Shown here: piece after piece, positions 37,507 through 51,490 of the stretch
Layout: the number at the start of each line of letters is the position of its first letter
How positions within the stretch are numbered: the stretch's first letter is position 1
Assembly (NCBI GenBank): GCA_964035545.1
Contig: OZ037772.1
Coordinates: 1,984,001 to 2,048,000, forward strand
Length of the DNA stretch: 64,000 bases
Direction of reading: 5' to 3'
Origin: Bugula neritina
Taxonomy: Eukaryota; Animalia; Bryozoa
Program-made: the position numbers and the translations under genes
The notes under the pieces: generated by a model
What the model was told of the DNA's origin: nothing
Databases searched by the model: none
The model's input: only the letters and a program-made list of their open reading frames with translations

Positions 37507-40500
37507 ATGGCAGAATCCAGAGTTGTGAAAAAGAGACTAAACAATTCGTATCGCTGTGGGTACTGCTCGCAGTACTTCAACAAACTTGAAGATCCCAGAA
37601 CTCTGCCCTGTCTGCATGTGTACTGCATGAGATGTTTGAAGACTGACATCGGTGGTAGGAAGGATCATATCAGATGTGCTTATTGTAGGTGAGTTACAGT
37701 ACATAACACAATATATCATGTCATAGGCTTGCATATGATTTTCTCACTATCATCTAGGAGTTGTCTGATCTGTGTCTATGAAAAGCTAACAATACTGTAT
37801 ATTCTATGTGAACTCTGGTTACTAACTTGTGGAGTGTGTGGATATCTTTTCATTAGGTAGAGAAAGTAACTGTTATGTAGATTACATCATCAGCTGTCCT
37901 CTCTTGTTGATATGTGGTGCTGTTGGATGTCATGGGATTGGGGTTGTCTCCTCATTATATTATTTTGTTCTCATACAGTACAAGACTTGTTAGAGCAGTC
38001 ATTCCTAACCTTTTTCATACCATTCCCACTTTCGTACATGTTTACTATTAAGTCCCCTCCCTTTTGTCAATCGGAAATTTTTATGACGGACATAATGATA
38101 ATATAGATTACTATGCAATATTTTTTCTCTTACATTTGAATATAATATAATTATTTCTGATAATTATATTATGCATGTGTAAAACACAGAGCAGTTCAAT
38201 TATTAATATTATGGCTGCAGCTGATGACATTGTGTCAGCTTGCTTTCAAACCTCCCACCCCAACCCTTAAACCCCAACCCCAATATTGTAATTAAAACAC
38301 ATTCATGTAGAAGTAGACTGAGATGGCAGAATTGGTTAAATAGATAAGCTAAGATGAATGCTTATAGATATACATGTACATGTAACTTGCAAGAGCTCAA
38401 AAGTCTTCAACAAACTGCTTGAAATTTTTGAAATCAAAATCTCAGCTCCCCCTAAAAAGCCCAAATTCCCTCTTATAGGGGGATTCTCCCAGGTTGGGAA
38501 CCACTGTGTTGAATTGACTTGTGTTTACTATCTCCTTTCCTGTGATTAGAAACATGTATGATGTTGTCATGGCAACACAGTTGCTGTGGCACAAAGTACA
38601 GTTTACTAGTATGTAGTGATTGTGTAGTGAGAGTGGAGTGTCTGGTTATTGTCCATGGTTATGTGTAATCTGTAAGGAGTAGAATTATATTATTTTAATA
38701 TAATGTTGAGAGAGGTACTTTTATAATGGCAGTTTGCTAAATAGCTTTAGTTCTAATGCGATAGACTCATAACTCTGGAGTCTAGCAACTGCTACTATTA
38801 CCACTAGCTGTTCAAAATTCGGGCTGCCAAAGCATAATAGCCATTGACAAGGCCAAGCAGTCACTGGGAAATTATTTGACTAAAGAGCAGGTCTTATGAC
38901 AATTAGTAGTCAGTCCCTTAAACAGGAAACAGTGATTCTGTGACCTATTTAGTTAAATCCAGAGCTGAACTTTTGATTGACTATTAGATAGCCATCACAA
39001 TTTTATTTGGTACAATATAATATTATGGGGTGTCAATCAGTGTCTAATATAATCTGTGAATTGAGTGTCTACTTCTTCTACCACCAGTCAGTTGTATTAA
39101 GTGTTACTCTGTATTGAGTCATGAATAGTGTTGAGGATTTGGGCCTATATTATGCCACCCCCCCTCTCTGACTTAGACTGAGACCCAACCTGCTGCACAT
39201 ACATAGCAGTACTACACTGAAGATAGTCAACATGTGTATGTGTCATCCTACTAGTAATGGATTACTAAGTACAAGTTATCCTATGACTCACTCTTCTTAC
39301 GCTAGCTGCACGAGATAGACAACTCACACGTGACACGAACTCACAGTGCACTAGCTCTTGAAACATTGCCAAGGATGATGAAATGACAGTTTCGCGCCAC
39401 TCTTAGCAGTTAGAGTGGCATGGAATAGTTGTAGTATGTTGTAGTATTGGCTCCTCAGAATTCACACTTCAGTAATTAGTTGCATTGCACAAACTTGCAA
39501 CAGTATAGAATAATTATTGACAATATGGCCTCCACTCAGTAGTTAACTAGTAATTTATCTTGTCATTTTACAATACAAGTTATAATTGAGTCTATTTGTT
39601 GAGTAGCAGTTCTTTGTCATGAGTGACTATTTTCCAGCATATTAGGTACATAATATAGTCAAGTGTGTTTGTGTGGTAGCCTGTGGTCTATATAATGAAT
39701 GTGTGTTGAAGAGTGATGAGTATTTATATGAGTATTTGTCAAGGACACAGCTGTGTGTGTGGATGGAGTATTTCATTACTTGAGATGTACTAAACACAGC
39801 TAACACAGGTAACATACTGATTGCTATATATTGTAGGAAAGATCACTATGACATCACAGATCCCACAACACTACCAGTAGCTCAGCATGGAGACCCCTTA
39901 GAATACAAGTCTCCACCCAAACCTGCACCCATTCCCTGCGATGTGTGTAAAGGTGGAACAGAAGCTGCTGTGTTTTGTCTTGAGAGTCAAAAGAAATTAT
40001 GTCAGCAGCATCAAGAAGTGAGTCTTTCTTATACCATTTCTCAATATTAGTTACTAAACCAGTTCTGGTTTGTATGTAGAATATTATTGAAAAGAAATGT
40101 TGAGTCTGTGTGACTTTTTATACTAAACACACAGTTTCACAGTGCAGTGAGTCAACTATGACAGACTTGTTGGTGAAAATACGACCAACTAAACTGTTGA
40201 CCTTTATTATACAGAATCACAGAGAGCTGATGGGAGATAGACATCAGTTTATTGACATTGAGGTCTACAGAGCTTCTCCCCAAAGATATACTATAACTGA
40301 ATGTGAACATCATAAACAGGAACAGCTGACAGAAGTGTGTTCCAAGTGTCACCAGATATTCTGTATGAGATGTGATATGAGGACTGGCTGTAAGGATAAG
40401 ACAGGTATTTACTTGCTGTTTCTATTTCTGTAGAAAGAAACTGAGAAATATTACAAGAACCTGTTATTTATTATTTTATTATTAAAGTGAGTTATGTAAC

Positions 40501-43500
40501 AGTAAAAGAGGAAGTCAGTTTGTCAGCATTAAGGTTTGTGTGAGACAGAAGTGGATAGTGCAGGAGTTTATATTCTCACTGTTATGTTGAATATTTAGTA
40601 TATTTCATCCTTCAAGTGTCTGTTTCCTTGATAGGATGGTATAGGCATAGCTTTAACTCAGTGGTGTCTCACCTTTTTCATACCATCCTCCTTTTTATGA
40701 TTATTTTCTATTAAGTTTCCGCCTTTTTGATAAAATTGTAATTTCATTTATAAAGAAAATCTGGGACAGGTTGTTTTCCTAATAATTCATTGAGTGTAGA
40801 AAAAAGCACTTTGTGTTTGACATGAATTAGTGTCTGCCACAACTTCAGTTCAGCTTTGAAAGCATTGATGCTGGTATTAAAAGCAGTGAGTTGATGATTA
40901 TACTCATTCATTTTAGGTTCAGAGTTTTTAGTACAGCAAATATATCTACTAGGTATGCAGTAAGTAGTTTGTGGCGATCAGTTCTACTGACTGCAAAAAC
41001 TTCCTGTTTACTTTCAATAAATCTTTTAGCCTCCATTCGTAGTAGGAGGGGTAGCAGCTAGAGTAGAGTGAATATTAGACACATGGATGTACAAGTAAAC
41101 TTAGATTGTAGAGTGTAATGTGGATAAATAAATGAACTACATAAAATGAAGGAGTTATAATTATACATATTCATGTAACCTGGAACACAAGGCAAGAGCT
41201 CAAAAAGCTGGTAACAAACTCTGTGAAATTTTAGAAATGAAAACCCCTAAAAAAGCTCAAATTTCCTGTGAAGGGGAAATTCCCCAAGGTTGAGAGCCAC
41301 TGCTTTAATTTTTTCAACTATTTCATTCCAAGTGCAGTGATTAATGAGCTAACCTCTGACATCTTTCTAGTCCAACCAACTGTCTAGTTATCACATAGTA
41401 TGTGTATAGTGATATATCATCTACCTGTAGGTACAGGTAGTAGGTGTAGAATAAGTACAAGGTAATATCTATAATAATGCTTTTATAAATAGTGTGATTT
41501 TATGTATACAGAGGAGACAGTAGCATCTCATGACTTGGCATCTTTGAGTGATTTGTCTTGTGAGTTACGAGAAAGTCTGACTGGTGGAATAGAGACTCTG
41601 TCTGAGAAAGTTGCAGAGTTGAATGACATCTCAAAGGATGCCTGGAAAGAACTGAGTAAAATAGAAGATGAAGTGAAGAAGATGGTTGCCAGAGTAAACG
41701 CTGTAGCTGACGCTCAGGTATGCTGACATGGTGATGCCATGTAATATTATTTCTGTTTGTCTGAAATTGGAATTTGCATTTGGTCTTTGAGTTGTAATCA
41801 GAAATGAATTTTATTTGCCACTAGAATTAACTGGCCATTAAAGTATTATCATTCTGTGTAAAAGTAGCAGTAGTCATTCATCACATGTTACTCAGTGCAG
41901 AGGAACCTGTCAATACAGATGACTCACTCATCCTTCTGCAACTGTCAATCACTCACACAGAGAGGTTGGCTGTGTGAGTGATTGACAGGTGTCAGGAGGA
42001 GGAGACTAGTCACGTGATGTACTAGCTCTCTGCTGTGTATAGAGTGTCACGTGACTGAGTCATTGTCCACTCAGTGGGTGATCTGTCACTTTCATTTCGA
42101 GTGCAGAGGTTGTGAGGTGCAGATGTGGTTACACTGTGTTACTATTTATTAGATAGAAGAGATTAGAAAGAGAGCTACAAACCTGAGGCTAGAAATATAT
42201 GGATATTTGAAGAGCTGCACACAGATAGTGGATAATTATAGAATAGAGCTGGCCTTGAGTAAGACGATGGGCAGACAGTCTCTGCTGGACACAGTACAAC
42301 ATGCAGTTGATAAGTTCAATAATGCAGGGATTGTGAGAGACTACAAAGAGATGAGTGAGAAGATGGAAAAGGCTACAGATATTGGTGTAATAGAGAAGTG
42401 TGTACTTCCAGACAGCATCTTGGTACCAACATGTAGGTGGAGTCTATAAATAGTAACACTAACTATAAATAACTTTCTGCTTGTAATCATGTGAGTTGCT
42501 TTCACTGAATATTTTAATAGTAGAATAAGTAGATAGAGTTTATTTATTAGAGATTGAGTTTTGTTCTACTCTCACATTATGAGACATTTCTGCAGTGTTT
42601 CAGAGTTTATGATGTATAAGTGAGCTGCTAAACTGTGTTATGCTGACTACCTGCTGTCAGTATTAACAAGATATTCTCACTTAGACCTGTGCATCACGTA
42701 GCAACTTGTAGTAACTACAGACTGCTTGTATTTAAACATCTTTTAGTTTTAAGTTTGAAAAGCTGTTCCCACCTCCTCAGGTGATGAGATTCTCAAGTTA
42801 TAGAATTGTTATTTTGTTGTTGCAGACAGTGAAGACAGTCTGGGACTGAAGCTGCTGCAGCCACCATCTTCTCTACAGTCTGATGGACTTCCTGTACGTG
42901 ACTCGTGTTACACAGTAAACATCTCAGCTGATGGACATCTGATGTGTGGGACACTAGAAGGTGTAGAAGTAATAAATAGAGACACTCTGGATACTATCAG
43001 CTCAGTGGAGGACACCAACACTACATTGTGGGGGGAGATAATCCAACCTGAAGGGGTGATGGTTGGCAGCTGGTATAACAGAGAGGAGAAAACAGCTGAA
43101 GTCTCACTTCTTGATCCGAACTCCTTTGAGAAGACTCGCTCTCTCTACCAGCAGTCAGTAGGTAGATACGCTTACTATAGAATAGCTCAACACGACTCAC
43201 TGCTCTGTATTGTAGACATGATAGAGAAACAGCTGGTAGTCTGTAATCTAGTTGACAATAAAATACAGAAGTTCCCACTTCCTGAGATGAAGAACCCTCA
43301 CCCTGTATGCATCCTCCCAGACTCAACTCTCCTCATAGGAGACTGCACTGTAGATGGTAAAATGAGAAGATATAAAGTGGAGAACACAACTCTCTCTCTA
43401 ATGTGGGAGTTTCCTCACATCTCAGATCCATCTGGTATTTCCTTTGATCCAACATCTGAACTGATTCACATCTGTACACTGCTTGGACCTCTCCTCATCC

Positions 43501-44647
43501 TCTCACTTGAAGGTAAATACTCTGTTTATTATAGTAAGTTTAGTTATTTTATATATAATTATGTTGCAGTATATAATATATTTTAATAATTAAGAGTAAA
43601 CAACTTCCACTCATAAGATATATTATGATATTGTTAGTATTTATCAAGTCACTGATGTTATTTTTAGCTAAAAGTTATGTAATAAAGACTGTAACATGCT
43701 GATAGTAGATGTTATATTCTTCATCACATGACTTGTAGCTAATAATAATATTAGTGAATAATACTGTCTCCCTGCAATAAGTTTATTTCCAGCTGCAGTA
43801 ACATGCAGGATGTAAGCACAGGTAAAAGTGTATACTATATTGTATAGGTTTAAGGTGTACTCTGTGTAGTGTGCAGTGAGCTCTTAGTAAACTCTCTTAT
43901 TCAGTCTTCCTTTCCAAGGGTTCACCTGGTAGTGTAGAGGATAGGGACTCCACACTGCTGAGTGAGTTGGTGCTGCAAGGGGTTCAAACCCACCTATCAG
44001 CATGACTAGTTAGTATACTATGCAAGTGTTTTACAGTAATTTTAGAGGTGCTCAGTCTAACAACTGTACAGACTGCCAGCTACACATGAGTTATAAGTTG
44101 TAGTTTGACTTCAGTCTAGTGCTGCTGTTGTTTTGGTCATCAGATAATTTAAATGTAAATAATTTGATACTTTTTGACTGCCATTACTGAGACTATGTAA
44201 TTTGATGATGGCTGGTAGAGCAGTGTTTGCTGGTGGGACTCAGGTGGCTGCGGTTGGTTCTTGTCGAGTATTTAATATGTGATAATGTTGGAGTAGCTGC
44301 AGTGGTATTAGAAGTAGACATGTGGGTGTGTTTTTGCTCAGAGCCACAGGCTAAGTTTGTGGGTCAAGGTCAATATTGTTGTATAATGAGACACTGTTTT
44401 CTATTTGAGTATTTACTTCATGCATGTAACCTGCTTAGTTGCATCTTTAAAGGCAGTCTGTCTGTTTCTCTCAATACACACCAACTGATACAATATGATG
44501 CTATTATTTACAGGTCAACTGGTGCTTACTGTTCCCAGAGAAAGTCTTGGTGTGAGTGGCTGGGTGCGGGACATTGCTGTGTATAACAGAGACACAGTGT
44601 TTCTAGCATGTAGAGATGGTTTGAGGAGATACACAATAAAATACTAA
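37507..44647 (+). CDS. TRIM-family E3 ubiquitin ligase: RING, two B-boxes, coiled coil, putative NHL-like beta-propeller (~619 aa)
   Basis: Exons 37507-37688, 39837-40017, 40215-40404, 41512-41717, 42153-42432, 42826-43512, 44514-44647. All GT-AG, phases compatible, 1860 nt, no internal stop. RING CGYC..PCLHVYCMRC..CAYC; B1 CDVC..FCLES..LCQQH..H; B2 CEHH..CSKC..FCMRC; C-terminal P.GISFD-type repeats. AATAAA at 44828. Confidence 0.9.
37996..38506 (+). mobile_element. Non-autonomous hAT-like element (diverged)
   Basis: Ends cagtcattcctaacc.. / ..ggttgggaaccactg; both termini similar to 40659-41302. Confidence 0.75.
40659..41302 (+). mobile_element. Non-autonomous hAT-like element with 8-bp TSD
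   Basis: TIRs cagtggtgtctcacctt / aaggttgagagccactg; flanks ctttaact / ctttaatt (7 of 8 identical). Confidence 0.85.
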
Positions 44648-45374
44648 ACTTATCAGCTACAGTCTACTAATAATCAGCTCAGTCAGTGAGGTCCTGAGAG
44701 ATGAATTGGATAATATTTGTCATCAACATAATTATTTCATCACAATTCATCAATACACACACTCTGTAATTATATTTAGATAAGAGATGTTTTACTGTAT
44801 CAAATATGTGTTGTTATTTTACCATCTAATAAAGTTTATTTGTTAGTGAAAATATAGTCTGTTTTCATGCCTCATTAGCTTTAGTTCAAGTTGAGTTCAC
44901 TTACTAAAAAATAATCTATACTGGAGCAGTAACTGTAAATGACTTGTTTGTGGGAGAATTTATTCACTGAATTGACATGCAGGTGCAAGTACCTCCAACA
45001 TGACTAAGTAAATTTATTCCAACCATTCATAATAATATACATTCCATTGCTGTGTACAACAGCATTGAGTAGCCAATCAAATTGTTTCTTGTCACGCAAT
45101 CAGGAATCTGATAAATAATATATAAGGCAATCAACTAGATATAAACGCTGTATTACTCTACACATGAGCTGTCTATGATACAGCTGTTTTGTAAACTGTG
45201 TGTAATTTGATGAGTTTAGTTCAATTGGTTGCAGTTTAATTATGACGTGTTCCCCATTCACCTGGGAGAAATACCTTGTGTGCACAGACAAGTTGTAATG
45301 ACTAACAGAAACTTTTTCAGTAGGTTCCAGTTCATCTTGAATATAATAGTACAGCTTGTTGTCATTTGGTCTCC

Positions 45375-45869
45375 ATAGTATTGATGGTACACTACCTTGT
45401 TTGGCCTCAATAGTATTGATAGTATACTACCTTGTTTGGCCTCAATAGTATTGATGGTATACTACCTTGTTTAGCCTCAATAGTGTTGATGGTAGACTAC
45501 CTTGTTTGGCCCTAATAGTATAGATGGTACACTACCTTGTTTGGCCCTAATAGTATAGATGGTACACTACCTTGTTTGGCCTCAATAGTATTGATGGTAT
45601 ACTACCTTGTTTGGCCTCAATAGTATTGGTGGTAGACTACCTTGTTTGGCCTCAATAGTATTGATGGTATACTATCTTGTTTGGCCTCAATAGTATTGAT
45701 GGTATACTACTTTGTTTGGCCTCAATAGTGTTGATGGTAGACTACCTTGTTTAGCCTCAATAGTATAGATGGTACACTACCTTGTTTGGCCTCAATAGTA
45801 TTGATGGTATACTACTTTGTTTGGCCCTAATAGTATAGATGGTACACTACCTTGTTTGGCCTCAATAGT
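45375..45869. repeat. 35-bp minisatellite (AATAGTATTGATGGTATACTACCTTGTTTGGCCTC), ~14 copies
   Basis: Tandem units visible. Confidence 0.96.
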
Positions 45870-47618
45870 CTTGCTAACAGCACAACTTACAAGATTCAAC
45901 TAATTTAACTTGTTGAGATTTACATGAATATAATACATATGAAATGTGAAAATAGCATTAAAAGTCAAGCAAGGAATTCACATGTTGACACAATTATATA
46001 CTTTCACTTGAAGGTAAGCTTGATGAACCAATATGAACTGTTCACAGAGTTTACTGTGTAGGATTTGCACCTAGAATATTTAGTTACATCAGAGCTAAGT
46101 GAAAAATCTAACAGTTGATTTATTCTGTTGAAAGTTAATGTGTTGAGTATTGATCTTATTACCCAACTTCACCCTTTTTACTGTAGAGTTTGTTGATGTA
46201 AGTTCACTTAATTAAACTATCCTCATGCAAGGGGTGGGGGTGGAATATTATTGTGAATTTATGCTTTACTTGTTATTATAGGGTCTATTTAGGCAAAGCT
46301 ATTTCACCAGGTTTGTGATTGCTAACACTTTATTCTATTTATTTCAAGATACTAATAAAACTGTACAACTATCAAAAACACGTTCCATAATAAAAGAGAG
46401 AATATACAAGACTTTACAATAACAATTCCAAGTGCTCTCTGCCTGCTAGTCAAATAGACTAGGGCCCACTACAAGTATTCAGCTCCGCCTACTACTAATT
46501 ATTAACAGTCACTGATTGGCCATCACGATGGCACCATCACACTAGTTGATCTGCATGCTGCAAAATGCATCATGTCCTCTAGTTAAAGTGTGTGCGTGGA
46601 GTTGTCCTTTCGATATAATAACATAATATACAAAATCTCTGCAATATGCCATCTGGGATATCTGTATGATAAACTTAACTAATCAACTAGCAGCATCTTG
46701 GTTATTCAATGAAATTATCAAACTATATTATTTAACTGTAACATTATCCTAGTGAAACCTCTTATCTGTTCCTCCTATTCACTAATCATCAAATTATTCT
46801 CCTCTACCAAATCAATACATTGTGCAGACTCCATATTTAATCTCCTCTACATACAGTTTATATTCCAGCTATCAGAGTCATGATTCTACATCACATGAAT
46901 GTTCTCTACTTTAACAAGAGAATAGCCAACTATAAAAACCTGCTATAGCACACAATATAGCAACTTGTTATAACATGACATACAGTACATCAATATTCAT
47001 TCACTACACAAAATATCTCAATACACATAACAACTGGAGCTGCTGAAGTTCAATGGCTTATACAAGTTGAATTGAACAAAACACTACGTTTTTCTTCAGC
47101 ATATCAACTAGTATGGGTAGTGTGGAGAGATCTTTTATATATATAAAAACTTGTGTTTGAAGGAAATATTAAATTATATTATTCCTCTTAGCATCACATG
47201 TAGCATGAATATCAACTTATAGTTAGTGAGTTACTAGAAGTTTCTTTGTAACGGAAACCAGTCCGGGTTCCCCTGCAGTTCCATCTCAACGAGTCTGGCC
47301 TGAGCTGAGGTCACCGCATGATGACATCATTCACTAGGTTCTTCTTGGTGTCTGGAAATTTTCCACCAGTTACTCCAGTGACTGAAAATGAAGTACTAAT
47401 ACCAGTGACTCGGTCTCAAACTTACTTACTGAGTCATTGTGATTATTAGTTGATGACTTAATGTTTTAGTGAAGTTATAGTTATAGTTAACTTAAAGTCC
47501 TACTGATACTGATAGCTAATATGCCCCTCAGTCTCATCTTCACTCTCAGTAATTGTAATACTGATAGTAAGACTAACTAACGTCTAATGCTAAGTTCAAA
47601 TACTAATTATTACACTTC

Positions 47619-47653
<35 letters not shown>

Positions 47654-48940
47654 CTAGTAGTAATGAGAGTACCAGTAGTAGTACTAGTAGCGTTAGTACT
47701 AGTAGCGTTAGTAGTAGTAGCGGTAGTAGTAATGGGAGTACTAGTAGTGGCAGCAGCAGTAGCAGCAGCAGTAGTAGTAGTAGCAGTAGTAGTAATGAGA
47801 GTACCAGTAGTAGTAGTAGTAGTAGTAGTACTAGTAGTGGTAGTACTAGTAGTGGTAGTAGTGGTAGTAGTAGTAGTAGTAGTACTAGTAGTAGTAGTGG
47901 TAGTAGTGGTAGTAGTAGTAGTAGTAGTAGTGGTAGTGGTAGTAGTAGTAGTAGTAGTAGTGGCAGCAGCAGTAGCAGCAGCAGTAGTAGTAGTAGCAGT
48001 AGTAGTAATGAGAGTACCAGTAGTAGTAGTAGTAGTACTAGTAGTAGTAGTAGTAGTAGTAGTAGAAGTACTAGTAGTAGTAGTGGTGGTAGTAGTGGTA
48101 GTAGTAGTAGTGGTAGTGGTAGTAGTAGTAGTAGTAGTAGTGGCAGCAGCAGTAGCAGCAGCAGTAGTAGTAGTAGTAGCAGTAGTAGTAATGAGAGTAC
48201 CAGTAGTAGTAGTAGTAGCAGCAGTAGCAGTAGTAGTAGAGGTAGTAGTAGTAGTAGTAGAGGTAGTAGTAGTAGCAGCAGTAGTAGTAGTAGTACTAGT
48301 AGTAATGAGAGTACCAGTAGTAGTAGTAGTAGTAGTAGCAGTAGTACTAGTAGTACTAGTAGTAGTGGTGGTAGTGTTAGTAGTGGTAGTGGTAGTAGTA
48401 GTAGTAGTACCAGTAGCAGTACTAGTAGTACCAGTAGCAGTACTAGTAGTAGTACCAGTAGCAGCAGTAGCAGTAGTAGTAGTAGTAATGGTAGTAGTAG
48501 TAGTAGTAGTAGCAGCAGTAGCAGTAGTAGTACTAGTAGTAATGAGAGTACCAGTAGTAGTAGTAGTAGTAGCAGTAGTAGTAGAGGTAGTAGTAGAGGT
48601 AGTAGTAGTAGTGTAGTAGTAGTACTAGTAGTAATGAGAGTACCAGTAGTTGTAGTAGTTGTAGTAGTAGTAGTAGTAGTGGTGGTAGTAGTGGTAGTAG
48701 TAGTAGTAGTAGTAGTAGTGGCAGCAGCAGTAGCAGCAGCAGAAGTAGTAGTAGCAGTAGTAGTAATGAGAGTACCAGTAGTAGTAGTAGCAGCAGTAGC
48801 AGTAGTAGTAGAGGTAGTAGTAGTAGTAGAGGTAGTAGTAGTAATGTAGTAGTAGTAGTGGTAGTAGTAGTAGTAGTAGTAGCAGCAGTAGTAGTAGTAG
48901 CAGTAGTAGCAGTAGTAGTACTAGTAGTAATGAGAGTACC

Positions 48941-48984
<44 letters not shown>

Positions 48985-49258
48985 CAGTAGTACTAGTAGT
49001 ACTAGTAGTAGTGGTGGTAGTAGTAGTAGTGGTAGTGGTAGTAGTACCAGTAGCAGTACTAGTAGTACCAGTAGCAGTACTAGTAGTAGTACCAGTAGCA
49101 GCAGTAGCAGTAGTAGTAGTAGTAATGGTAGTAGTAGTAGTAGTAGTAGCAGCAGTAGCAGTAGTAGTACTAGTAGTAATGAGAGTACCAGTAGTAGTAG
49201 TAGTAGTAGTAGTAGTAGCAGCAGTAGCAGTAGTAGTACTAGTAGTAATGAGAGTACC

Positions 49259-49290
<32 letters not shown>

Positions 49291-49299
49291 CAGTAGTAC

Positions 49300-49353
<54 letters not shown>

Positions 49354-49368
49354 CAGTAGTAGTAGTAG
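47619..49368. repeat. (AGT)n microsatellite with recurring AGTAATGAGAGTACC higher-order motif
   Basis: Trinucleotide array; source of the poly-S, poly-V and poly-L ORFs. Confidence 0.96.
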
Positions 49369-49813
49369 ATGGAGGTTACCAATTCTGTCACTCTTGCAGG
49401 TCAACATACAACTCTACAGGAAACTAAAGACAACAGAACGGGGCTGACAAATCAACCAATCAAATTATAAATAAAGAGGAACTCATGACTCACTCTGTCC
49501 AGATGGTGTCGGTAAATGAGGCCATTTTTGTTCACCCAAAACGTGTTGAATCCATCTTTTTTACTACAAAACAATCATGTGACCATCATCATGTGACCAA
49601 CTCCATATTATTGCAGAAAGCAGTAGAAAGTGTTAAATTTGCGAAGTACAAGTAGCCATGTTGGAGGAATCTACTAGCAGAAAGGGACTCACATGAAGTT
49701 TTTCCTCGTCTCCTCCATGAAACCGTCTTTCTTGTTGTACGTGAAGAGGTTCCATTTCCAGAACATGAGGGCTCTCCACTGAGACACGCCCCTCATTGTC
49801 CACCTGTTGGGAA

Positions 49814-50320
49814 GTAATATATCTTCTTTATACTGTAATATATCCTCTCTATACTGTAATATATCCTCTCTATACTGTAATATATCCTTTCTATACTGTA
49901 ATATATACTCTCTACACTGTAATATATCATCTCTATACTGTAACATATCCTCTCTATACTGTAATATATCATCTCTATACTGTAACATATCTTCTCTATA
50001 CTGTAATATATCCTCTCTATACTGTAATATATACTCTCTACACTGTAATATATACTCTCTATACTGTAATATATACTCTCTATACTGTAATATATCCTCT
50101 CTATACTGTAATATATACTCTCTATACTGTAATATATCCTTTCTATACTGTAATATATCCTCTCCATACTGTAATATATCATCTCTATACTGTAATATAT
50201 ACTCTCTATACTGTAATATATCCTCTCTATACTGTAATATAGCTTCTCTACACTGTAATATATATACTCTCTATACTGTAATATATACTCTCTACACTGT
50301 AATATATACTCTCTACACTG
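49814..50320. repeat. 21-bp intronic minisatellite (TATACTGTAATATATCCTCTC), ~24 copies
   Basis: Tandem units visible. Confidence 0.96.
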
Positions 50321-50851
50321 ATTATTATACCTGACTTTAATGGCCCCCGTCATCAGGGTGAGATGAAATGTTAATTATGTATAGATTTACGTCTGCGTAC
50401 AGCAGATTGCAGAGTAACCTCAGCTTTGTGAGTTGCATCGCATACTTGGCTATTCCCCTGAAACAGTGAGTGAGAGAGTAAAGACTCAGGCTACACGTGG
50501 GAATACTGCAGACATAATATGACAGAGTTGTACATATAAAACAAGTATACATTGTATGTACCTATAGTACAAGGCATATACATTGTATGTACCTATAGTA
50601 CAAGGCACATAGTACAAGACGTAAGTACATGCAATATACACTCACTTGAAAGTCTTATTTTTGCCGGTGAAGTTGTTCTCGAACACAAGGTCTGTGGTGT
50701 AGTGATTGTAGTAGTGAACCGATGACTTGAAGAACACAGGAAACTACAGAAAGAAAAGATCAGCATCAACAGTAGCAACTACATGCCTTGACAGAGTAAC
50801 TGAGTTACCAGAGAGAGAGACAACTCCCTGACAGAGTACCTGAGTTACCAA

Positions 50852-50889
50852 AGAGAGTGAGAGGGAGAGAGAGAGGGAGGGGGAGAGGG

Positions 50890-50924
<35 letters not shown>

Positions 50925-51490
50925 GAGAGGGAGAGGGAGAGGGAGAGGGAGAGGGAGAGGGAGAGGGAGAGGGAGAGGGAGAGGGAGAGGGAGAGGGAGA
51001 GGGAGAGGGAGAGGGGGAGGGGGAGGGGGAGGGAGAGGGGGAGGGGGAGGGGGAGGGGGAGGGGGAGGGGGAGGGGGAGGGGGAGGGGGAGGGGGAGGGG
51101 GAGGGGGAGGGGGAGGGGGAGGGGGAGGGGGAGGGGGAGGGGGAGGGGGAGGGGGAGGGGGAGGGGGAGGGGGAGGGGGAGGGGGAGGGGGAGGGGGAGG
51201 GGGAGGGGGAGGGGGAGGGGGAGGGGGAGGGGGAGGGGGAGGGGGAGGGGGAGGGGGAGGGGGAGGGGGAGGGGGAGGGGGGGGGAGGGGGAGGGGGAGG
51301 GGGAGGGGGAGGGGGAGGGGGAGGGGGAGGGGGAGGGGGAGGGGGAGGGGGAGGGGGAGGGGGAGGGGGAGGGGGAGGGGGAGGGGGAGGGGGAGGGGGA
51401 GGGGGAGGGGGAGAGGGAGAGGGAGAGGGAGAGGGAGAGGGAGAGGGAGAGGGAGAGGGAGAGGGAGAGAGAGGGAGAGAGGGAGAGAGG
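50852..51490. repeat. (GGGAGA)n/(GGGGGA)n purine microsatellite, G-quadruplex-prone
   Basis: ~400 bp of GGGGGA units flanked by GGGAGA units; left boundary of duplication copy 2. Confidence 0.97.

Noticed and set aside
41431-41461. 31-nt micro-exon in the TRIM gene
   Set aside because: It would shift the frame; the flanking exons join in phase without it.
45375-45869. CRISPR-like array (35-bp units); also the 20- and 30-bp arrays
   Set aside because: Head-to-tail repeats with no unique spacers, no cas genes, eukaryotic context.
16083-49368. ACT array and AGT array as terminal inverted repeats of one giant element
   Set aside because: They are complementary only at the trinucleotide level; their higher-order motifs differ and there is no TSD or shared flank.
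47240-49422. Minus-strand segments ~49380-49412 and ~47240-47381 as terminal C6orf136 exons
   Set aside because: Splice-like ends are present, but the translations do not resemble the family and no consistent frame could be established.
47587-49427. Poly-Ser (SSNESTSS) ORF as a phosphoprotein or biomineral protein
   Set aside because: No signal peptide or splice-compatible flanks seen, the frame slips into poly-Val, and it is best explained as an (AGT)n microsatellite. It cannot be fully excluded.
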